Source: Candidatus Sumerlaeia bacterium (GTDB lineage Bacteria > Sumerlaeota > Sumerlaeia > SLMS01 > JANRJK01). Taken from it: a DNA stretch of 13,718 nt. The notes beneath the pieces were generated by a model. It did not search any database and was not told where the DNA came from. It was given only the letters and a program-made list of their open reading frames with translations. The stretch covers positions 1 through 13,718 of the forward strand of contig JANRJK010000041.1 in the NCBI GenBank assembly GCA_033764015.1. The letters are read 5' to 3'. Numbering within the stretch: the stretch's first letter is position 1; each line of letters begins with the position of its first letter. Below, in pieces: positions 7,433-13,718 of this stretch. The translations under genes and the position numbers were made by a program.

Positions 7433-7893
7433 GGGGCGGCGCCCCGGTAGCGGCGGAACGCGCCGCGCAGCAGCTCCGCCGCCTCGTCCGCGAGGACGCC
7501 GCGGACCACCTCCAGGCGGTGGTTGAAGCGCGGGTTGGCGAGGATTTCGAGGCCGGCGCTCTCGACGCCCCAGCGCGGGTTGGCGGCGCCGTAGACGACG
7601 CGGGCCACGCGGGCGTGGACCATGGCGCCGGCGCACATCGCGCAGGGCTCGAGCGTGACGTAGAGCGTGGCGCCGTCGAGCCGCCAGCCGCCGTGCCGGG
7701 CGGCGGCCTCGCGCAGGGCGAGCACCTCCGCGTGCGCGGTCGGCTCCAGCAGCGTCTCCTTGCCGTCGTGGGCGCCGGCGAGCGCGTCGCCGCCGAGGAC
7801 CACGACGGCGCCGATGGGCACCTCGCCCCGGTCCGCGGCCAGCCGCGCCCAGCCCAGCGCGCGGCGCATCCAGCGCTCGTCCTCCGTCAGCAC
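7429..7893 (-). CDS. tadA: tRNA adenosine(34) deaminase TadA-family zinc deaminase with divergent active-site residues, 154 aa
   Basis: WMRRAL, GEVPIGAV, PTAHAE, TLYVTLEPCAMC, NH and GVLADE align without gaps to E. coli TadA. Confidence 0.85.
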   Translation of the reverse strand: MLTEDERWMRRALGWARLAADRGEVPIGAVVVLGGDALAGAHDGKETLLEPTAHAEVLALREAAARHGGWRLDGATLYVTLEPCAMCAGAMVHARVARVVYGAANPRWGVESAGLEILANPRFNHRLEVVRGVLADEAAELLRGAFRRYRGAAP

Positions 7894-7915
7894 CTCCGGC
7901 GCCCGCCCCGCGGCG

Positions 7916-9433
7916 TCAGGGCGTCTCCTCGATCGACGGGTAGATGCCCTGGACCTGCGCCTTGCTGACGACCATCTGCGTGCCGCCCTCCGGCAGGATC
8001 ACGTAGGTCGAGTCGCGCACCTCCGCGACGACGCCCTGGATCTGGCGCCCGTTGCGGAGCACGATCACGCGCACGATCGGCGAGGGGCGCAGCACCGGCA
8101 CCGGGGTGGGCGAGGGCGGCGGCGTCGGGGTGACGAAGCGCAGCGGCGGCTCCGGCGTCGGCGTCGCCTCGCGGCGCGCGGCGCGCGGGTACTCCGGCGG
8201 GGGCGGCTGCATGCGGGTGAACTGGCGGCTTTCGCGCTCGCCGCGGCGCGGCTCCGGCGAAAGGCGCACGCCGAAATTCGTCCCGAACGCGCTGCGCCGC
8301 AGCCCCTCGTAGAAGCCGAGGTTCATGTCGCGGGTCGGGAACGCGTAGTGGTTCAGCGACGTGCCCACGCCGCGCGTCCGCACGGTGCGGTGCTGCGCGA
8401 CCAGGTTTTCGGTGAAGTTCGCGCGCCCGGAGAGCGACACGACCGGCACCGCGAGGCCCGCGTTGTCCGCCAGGAAACGGGACCACGCCTCGAGGTTCGC
8501 CAGCGTTTCGGTGCCGTGGCGCTCGTGGAAGCGGATGACGATCTGCTCGAGGAGCCCGTCGCGGCACCAGCCGAGCCAGTCCTGCATCTTCTCGGAGTAC
8601 GCCGTGCCGGCCGTGTACTCGTCCCAAGTGGCGGGCGGCGGGCCGCTGGCGTCGATGACGACGGAGAACTTGAACTGGGGAAGGACCGAGCGGATGCGGC
8701 TGCGCATCAGCCGGAGCGCGTTGGTGAGCTGCTCGCGGCGCCAGGCGCTCCAGACGGGGTCGTTCGGCAGCGGTGGCCCGGAGCCGCCGACCTCCGCGCG
8801 GAACGCCTCGATCGCGGCCTCGCTGTAGCCCCACTCGCGCCCCGCGTACTCGAAGGTGTCGAGCACCACGCCGTCCGCGCGGATCGACTGGGACATCTCG
8901 AGGATCACGGCCAGGAGGTACTCGCGCGTGGCGGGGTTGCCCGGATCGAGGTAGACCAGGTTGCCGAACGCGCGGCGCTCGCCGGTGACGTCGATGCTCG
9001 CCATGCCGGGGGCGATGCCGAGCGGCGACTTCTCCGGCGGCGTGACGCCCATCAGCACGTTGTGCGCGGGCATCACCTGCAGCCACGGGAGGATTTCGAC
9101 CGTGGAGGAGACGCGGTTGCGAAGCAGCCCGAGCGGGTTCTCGATGCCGCGGCCCACGAAGGGCAGCATCGGCTCGATGTTCGAGGGCCAGGCCACGCCG
9201 ATCAGCGTGCGGGCCTCCGGGTACAACTGGTTGAAGCCGGCGGCGACGACATCCACGGAGAGCTTTTCGATTTCGTCGCTCGAGGTGAAGCCCTCGCTGG
9301 AGGCGAGGACCTCGAGGCCCCGGGGCTCGGTGTTCGCGCTCGGAAGCGGCGCCACCTGCGCCGCCGCGCCGCCGGGCAGCGACCACAGCAACAGCGCGAT
9401 CAAGATCAGGAACGGGCGTGGGGTGGTCCGCAT
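7916..9433 (-). CDS. Secreted GHL10/DUF187 (YddW/DigH-like) glycoside hydrolase-like protein with Pro/Thr linker and small C-terminal beta domain, about 505 aa
   Basis: ATG at 9433 with SD GAGGAG 7 nt upstream. Sec signal peptide MRTTPRPFLILIALLLWSLPGGAAA-Q. Family-like motifs are AGFNQLYPEAR...WPS, YLDPGNPATREY, DGVVLD..Y, WSAWRREQLT and QDWLGW...G. Confidence 0.72.
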   Translation of the reverse strand: MRTTPRPFLILIALLLWSLPGGAAAQVAPLPSANTEPRGLEVLASSEGFTSSDEIEKLSVDVVAAGFNQLYPEARTLIGVAWPSNIEPMLPFVGRGIENPLGLLRNRVSSTVEILPWLQVMPAHNVLMGVTPPEKSPLGIAPGMASIDVTGERRAFGNLVYLDPGNPATREYLLAVILEMSQSIRADGVVLDTFEYAGREWGYSEAAIEAFRAEVGGSGPPLPNDPVWSAWRREQLTNALRLMRSRIRSVLPQFKFSVVIDASGPPPATWDEYTAGTAYSEKMQDWLGWCRDGLLEQIVIRFHERHGTETLANLEAWSRFLADNAGLAVPVVSLSGRANFTENLVAQHRTVRTRGVGTSLNHYAFPTRDMNLGFYEGLRRSAFGTNFGVRLSPEPRRGERESRQFTRMQPPPPEYPRAARREATPTPEPPLRFVTPTPPPSPTPVPVLRPSPIVRVIVLRNGRQIQGVVAEVRDSTYVILPEGGTQMVVSKAQVQGIYPSIEETP

Positions 9434-9546
9434 CCGGGTGCTCCTCGGGGAAAGGCGTGGGGCGTTGCGCCCCCGCGTCAAGTGACCCGGACCGGGCCCC
9501 AAGCGGTTGCTGTCGCCGACACGCGTTGGAGACTCCGGCGCAATGC

Positions 9547-9591
9547 GCCCGGCCCGCGAGCGGAAAATCTGTTCCGCCGCGCGGGCCGGGC
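9547..9591 (-). terminator. Long GC hairpin 6 nt downstream of the AsmA-like gene
   Basis: GCCCGGCCCGCG (9547-9558) pairs with CGCGGGCCGGGC (9580-9591), and the inner GCGGAA pairs with TTCCGC around a 6-nt loop. There is no U-tract. Confidence 0.5.
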
Positions 9592-9597
9592 CGCCGG

Positions 9598-11436
9598 TCA
9601 GGGCTTCTTCTTCTCGTCTTCCTTGTCCTTCTTGCCGCCGCCGAACAGGCCGCCGATGCCGGAGGTGACGCCCTTGACCGCGTCGCCCGCGCCCTTCACC
9701 GCGTCGCCGGCGCCGCCGACCACGCCGCCCACGGCGCTTTCCGCCGCGTCCTTCGCCGCGGAGAGCCCCTCCTGCGCCTGGCCCGCCACGGAGCCGAGCT
9801 GCCCCGCCGCCGCGCCGAGCTGCTTCGCGAGGTCGCCCGGCAGCGCGCCGAGCTGGCCGCCCACGCCCTTGCGGAACGCCGCCAGCACCCCGTCGCGCAC
9901 CGCGCGCCGGATCCGGTCCGCGATCTGCTCCCGCGTCATGTTCGCGAAATCGACCGAGATCGCGAAGACCAGCGGGTGCGTCTCGTTGGTGCCGGGCTTC
10001 TTGAAGGACTCGACGCCGGTCTTGATGGTCTGCGCGGCCGCCTGCTCCGCGAGCGCCTTCAGGCCGCTTCCGGTGTTCGTCTCCATGTCCAGGTCGCGCG
10101 CGAAGGCGCCGATCGTCGTGTCGAGCCGCGAGCCCTTCAGCGTGCCCTCGACGCCGGCGAACAGCTCGCCGTCCTTGATCGCGAGCGGGGACTTCGCCGC
10201 CGCTTCGCCGGCCTGCGCGATCATCGCGACCAGCGGCAGCGCCTCCGCGTCCACCTTGAAGGCGATGTCGCGGTCCGCGTCGTCCGCGGGCGCGAGGCGC
10301 CCGAGCACCTTGACGGCCACCTTGGCGTCCTTCTCGAAGGGGTGCAGGCGGAGGCCGATCTGGGCCTGCTTGCCTGCGGGCGAAGGCATCTCGAAATCGC
10401 GGATATCGAGCGTGGCGCCCGTCACCGAGAGGTCCGGCGCGCCGGGACGCTTCACCGTCGCGGAGGCGTCGGCGAGCTCGAACATATCGAGGCGCACCGG
10501 CCCCTTCTTTCCCTCCGCGGCGTCTCCGCCGTCGCCGGATGAGCCCGGCGCGTCGCCGGCGCCGTCCGCGGCGGCGTCCGCCACAGGGGGCTGGAAGCGC
10601 TTGAGCGCCTCGCCCAGCGACGCCAGGTTGCTACCGCCCGCGGCGTCCTGCTCGACGACCACCTGCGGGCGTCCGATGCGCAAGTCCTTGATGTGCGGCG
10701 CGCCCGCGGTGAAGGACGCGAGGTCCGCCTGCAGCGAGAGCGAGTCGAGCGTGAACGGCGCGGCGGTGGACCAGGGCGCGCCGGGGCCCTCGACGCGGAT
10801 GCCGCCGAGCCGCAGCTCGAACGGCGCCGCGCCCCCCGCGGGATCGTACACCACGTCGGAGAGTTCGAGGGAATCCTGCGAAAGCACCACGCGGGCCGCG
10901 GGCGACGCGCCCTCCGCCGCGGCGTCGAACGAGACCGCGACCCCCTTCACGGTGAGCGACCGCAGCTCGAGCGCCTTCTTCGCGCCCTGCGAATCCCCGC
11001 CGGCTTCCGATCCGCCCTCGGACTCCGAGGGCTTCGCGTTCGCGGCCAGGTTCTCCTGGAGCGCGACGAAGTTCAACTTCCCGGCCCCGTCGCGCAGCAG
11101 CGCCACCTTCGGGCCTTCGACCTCGACCGACTCGACGACGATGCGTTCCGACCGCAGGCTGCCGAGGTCGACATCCACCGCGACCCGGTCGAAGCGGAAC
11201 AGCGGGTCGTCGCCGTCGAAGCCCTCCGGCTGGGCGACCGCGAAGTCGCGCAGCTCGACTGAGCCCCCGAAGACCGAGAGGCCGACTCTTCCGAGCGTGA
11301 CCGGCACGCCGAGCGCCTCGCTCCCCTTCGATTCGACCTGCGAACGGATGATCCCGGGCAGCGCGATGCGCCCGACCACGGGAATCGCGACCAGCACGGC
11401 GGCCACGGCGATCAGGACCTTCTTCTTCTTGCTCAT
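9598..11436 (-). CDS. AsmA-like / DUF748-like periplasmic protein with N-terminal membrane anchor, about 612 aa
   Basis: ATG at 11436 with upstream GGAG. MSKKKK plus a hydrophobic anchor is followed by the AsmA-type N-terminus (ALGVPVTLGRVGLSVFGGSVELRDFAV, DLGSL...VVESVEVEGPKV.L.RD..G.LN). The C-terminus is Gly/Ala-rich and amphipathic. Confidence 0.75.
   Translation of the reverse strand: MSKKKKVLIAVAAVLVAIPVVGRIALPGIIRSQVESKGSEALGVPVTLGRVGLSVFGGSVELRDFAVAQPEGFDGDDPLFRFDRVAVDVDLGSLRSERIVVESVEVEGPKVALLRDGAGKLNFVALQENLAANAKPSESEGGSEAGGDSQGAKKALELRSLTVKGVAVSFDAAAEGASPAARVVLSQDSLELSDVVYDPAGGAAPFELRLGGIRVEGPGAPWSTAAPFTLDSLSLQADLASFTAGAPHIKDLRIGRPQVVVEQDAAGGSNLASLGEALKRFQPPVADAAADGAGDAPGSSGDGGDAAEGKKGPVRLDMFELADASATVKRPGAPDLSVTGATLDIRDFEMPSPAGKQAQIGLRLHPFEKDAKVAVKVLGRLAPADDADRDIAFKVDAEALPLVAMIAQAGEAAAKSPLAIKDGELFAGVEGTLKGSRLDTTIGAFARDLDMETNTGSGLKALAEQAAAQTIKTGVESFKKPGTNETHPLVFAISVDFANMTREQIADRIRRAVRDGVLAAFRKGVGGQLGALPGDLAKQLGAAAGQLGSVAGQAQEGLSAAKDAAESAVGGVVGGAGDAVKGAGDAVKGVTSGIGGLFGGGKKDKEDEKKKP
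9670..9711. repeat. Two-copy 21-bp tandem repeat encoding (AGDAVKG)x2 in the AsmA-like C-terminus
   Basis: gcccttgaccgcgtcgcccgc / gcccttcaccgcgtcgccggc, 19 of 21 positions identical. Confidence 0.75.
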
Positions 11437-11494
11437 GTTCGAATGTCTCCAACAGGCGCGGGGTCGTTGTGCATCGGACCCGCGGCGCATGGGA

Positions 11495-11524
11495 AGGTTA
11501 GGCCCGCGCCGGGGCGGGCGTCAG
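11495..11524 (-). promoter_or_regulatory. Candidate sigma70-type promoter for the AsmA-like gene
   Basis: Minus strand CTGACG (11524-11519), 18-nt spacer, TAACCT (11500-11495), within the 137-bp intergenic gap. Confidence 0.4.
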
Positions 11525-11573
11525 CAGCTAAACGCGGTGCGTGTGGCGGGGGGCCGGCCGGACCGGCGGGAGT

Positions 11574-13337
11574 TCAATCCCCCTCGAGCCGTTCCTTCCA
11601 CGCCTGGATCAGCGAGTCCTGCGCGATCGTGCCGTGGATCTCCTCGTAGTCGGGGATCACGCGGCGTCCGCGGTCGAAGTCCTTCCGCCGGTTCTCCTCC
11701 AGCGTCTTGACGACGTCCTTCACCACGTCGAGGCCCTGCGCCGCCTTGCCGCTCCCCGCCAATTCGAAGTAGGCGATCAGGCGGAGGAGGAACTCGTAGT
11801 GCAGGATGCCGGCGCGGACCTGCGGTTCGCGGACGTAGTTCTTGCCGAGCCCGGGCACCTGGTCCTCGGTGAACCAGCGCTCGCCGCTCGGGAGCACGCC
11901 CGCCGCGTCCTGCTTCGCCGCCCCGCGCAGCGCCGCGAGCGCCCGCTCGGCGCCCGCGCGGAACTCCTTGCGGAACACGCGCGTCTCGACCACCTCCCGC
12001 TCCGCGCTGTTGCGGGTCTGGAACTTCTCCTGGTTGCGGAGCAGGCCGTACAGGTTGTTGCGCACCTGCCAGCCGGGGAACGCCTCGTTGAGGCCGCGGG
12101 GGACCGCCGGGCCGGAGTGCTCCGGGATGTTGACGAGCGAGAACGGGAAGTCGAACTTCTGCGGCTGGCAGACGACGCCGGTGGCGAAGATCGTGTACGG
12201 CGCGTCCATGGTGTTGAAGGGGAATTTGATGTCGCAGCCGAGGCCGTAGAAGACGCCTTCGCCGGCGAAGTGCTCCTGGTCCGCCGCGCGGCCCGAGTGG
12301 TTCGACCCCACGTTGGCGCCGTAGGAGACGTTCCCCCGGCCCCCCGGCCAGAAGGTCGCGATGCAGAGCGCCTGGTGCGAGAAGCCCGTCAGCGGCCCGA
12401 GGAAGCTGTGGCGCAGCTCGCCGCCGCCGACGCCGGTGTTGCTCGCGATGATCGACGAAGTGGCGGACGCGTGGTCGCGCACGTGGGAGCCTTCCGCGAG
12501 GAACACGTTGTCCGCGCGCCCGCCGTTCGAGAACTCGCACCCCTCCTGCGCCACGGCCCGGGTGAGGGGCCCCGGCACCAGGAGCTGCGTGGGGCGCCGC
12601 GCGCTGCTGAGCAGGATGCACTCGCTGACCAGCGGCGCGCCCTCCACCTTCACCGCGCGGCCGAGGTAGGAGCGCGTGATGGTGCCGAAGTTCCGCAGCA
12701 TCCCGCCGGAGCCGATGAAGGTGAGCGTGCAGCGCATGTTGCGCACCAGCTTCGCCACGAAGTCGCGGTACTGCGCCAGCAGCGGGTCCTCCGGCGCGAG
12801 CCGCGCCATGGCGGCCAGCTCGGCGATGGACGCGTCCGCGAAGACCGGCAGCGAGCGCCGCCCGCCCCCCGGCGCGAAGGCGATCTCGCGGTCCAGCCCG
12901 AAGCTGTGGTGGTCGATCCCCCCCAGCGCGCCGCCGTGCAGGATCTCCGTCTCCTTGAAGATGATCGTCGCGTGGATCTGCGACACGTCCTGGATGCGGC
13001 AGCCGGAGAGGATCACGCTGTCGCGGACGCGGCAGTTCTCGACGGTGAGCGAGCGCGAGGCGCCGTCGCTCGGGTGCGCCTCGAAGTAGCAGCGCCCCTC
13101 GAAGCGGCTCCGCCAGAAGTTCGCGAGGTCCGAGTTCGAGCAGAAGTGGATCCGGCCCCAGTCGCTCGAGACGCAGCCCTGGCGCTCGAGCTGCGCTACC
13201 TGCGCCGGCGTCGCCGGGTGGAAGTCGCCGCGGAGCCCCGCCGGCGCGGCGGCGGGGAAGCCGATCCACTTCGAGACGGTGGTGAGGAACTCGCCGTACT
13301 GGGAGCGCTGCTCGATGTCGGAAAGCTGGATCGCCAT
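11574..13337 (-). CDS. DUF4954-family-like protein with a left-handed beta-helix (hexapeptide-like) region, about 587 aa
   Basis: The N-terminal QVAQLERQGCVSSDWGRI resembles the DUF4954 start. Hexapeptide-like runs include VENCRVRDSVILSGCRIQDV and IIASNTGVGGGELRHSFLGP, and GNVSYGANVGSNH...GLG...KFP...FPFSLVN looks conserved. ATG 13337 lies 5 nt after the bioF stop. Confidence 0.7.
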   Translation of the reverse strand: MAIQLSDIEQRSQYGEFLTTVSKWIGFPAAAPAGLRGDFHPATPAQVAQLERQGCVSSDWGRIHFCSNSDLANFWRSRFEGRCYFEAHPSDGASRSLTVENCRVRDSVILSGCRIQDVSQIHATIIFKETEILHGGALGGIDHHSFGLDREIAFAPGGGRRSLPVFADASIAELAAMARLAPEDPLLAQYRDFVAKLVRNMRCTLTFIGSGGMLRNFGTITRSYLGRAVKVEGAPLVSECILLSSARRPTQLLVPGPLTRAVAQEGCEFSNGGRADNVFLAEGSHVRDHASATSSIIASNTGVGGGELRHSFLGPLTGFSHQALCIATFWPGGRGNVSYGANVGSNHSGRAADQEHFAGEGVFYGLGCDIKFPFNTMDAPYTIFATGVVCQPQKFDFPFSLVNIPEHSGPAVPRGLNEAFPGWQVRNNLYGLLRNQEKFQTRNSAEREVVETRVFRKEFRAGAERALAALRGAAKQDAAGVLPSGERWFTEDQVPGLGKNYVREPQVRAGILHYEFLLRLIAYFELAGSGKAAQGLDVVKDVVKTLEENRRKDFDRGRRVIPDYEEIHGTIAQDSLIQAWKERLEGD

Positions 13338-13342
13338 GTTGG

Positions 13343-13718
13343 CTACTCGGGGGAGGCGTCCGCGGCCTGGGTGGCCGGGGCCGCGCGGGGGGATTGCGAC
13401 CAGAGGGGCCACGACGCCACCGCGCCCGGCAACGCCCGGAGCGCCTCCGGACATTGGGCGGACGACACGCTAAGCCTCAAGCGCGCGGTACCCTTGGGCA
13501 CCGTAGGCGGGCGGATCGCGACGCCGCAATAGCCTTGATGGGCGAGGTGCTCCGCCAGCGAAAGCGCCTCGGAGGCGCCCCCGCAGCGCACCGGGACGAT
13601 CGGCGAGGGGTCGTCCGGCACCGGCGCGCCGGCCGCCCGGAGCCCCGCGCGCAGCGCCGCGGAACGGGCGCGCAGCTCCGCCGGGCGCCACGGCTCGCGG
13701 GCGAGCAGCCGCACCGCC
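13343..13718 (-). CDS. bioF: 8-amino-7-oxononanoate synthase (class II PLP aminotransferase), C-terminal part, partial
   Basis: SPIVPV...EALSLAEHL...G...VAIRPPTVPKGTARLRLS is the characteristic BioF C-terminal signature. The frame stays open to the window edge. Confidence 0.85.
   Translation of the reverse strand, partial: AVRLLAREPWRPAELRARSAALRAGLRAAGAPVPDDPSPIVPVRCGGASEALSLAEHLAHQGYCGVAIRPPTVPKGTARLRLSVSSAQCPEALRALPGAVASWPLWSQSPRAAPATQAADASPE

Noticed and set aside
7667..11710. 1347-aa + strand ORF and other long alternative ORFs (259..3186, 3129..6233, 2767..5235, 1634..3172, 11541..13532, 11521..13269, 7887..9386, 5996..7450)
   Set aside because: These are shadow frames of genes with clear family motifs. 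Their Arg/Ala/Gly/Pro-rich translations have no recognisable motifs, which is expected at this GC content.

Overview
A very GC-rich (roughly 70-75%) bacterial chromosomal window with no recognisable transposase, integrase, rRNA, tRNA or CRISPR array. The + strand carries the Pro/Ala-rich 3' end of an upstream gene, a large GT-C-type (PMT/GT39-like) membrane glycosyltransferase (191-2845), and a 398-bp intergenic region with two tandem DnaA-box-like 9-mers, A/T tracts and hairpins. These are followed by an isolated VirD4/TraG-type coupling-protein ATPase (3244-5007) with no transmembrane anchor and no relaxase or VirB genes nearby. The - strand carries a convergent run of genes: bioF (partial), a DUF4954-like beta-helix protein, an AsmA-like protein, a secreted GHL10/DUF187-like glycoside hydrolase, tadA, a Wzx-like flippase and a metallophosphoesterase; the last three are coupled by GTGA overlaps. 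Two observations stand out. The first is the orphan, apparently soluble VirD4-like ATPase with its own regulatory region. The second is a TadA homologue that, by gap-free manual alignment to E. coli TadA, naturally carries substitutions equivalent to D108N, N46D and F148A, positions known from base-editor engineering. All family assignments come from motif recognition by eye, not from database searches.
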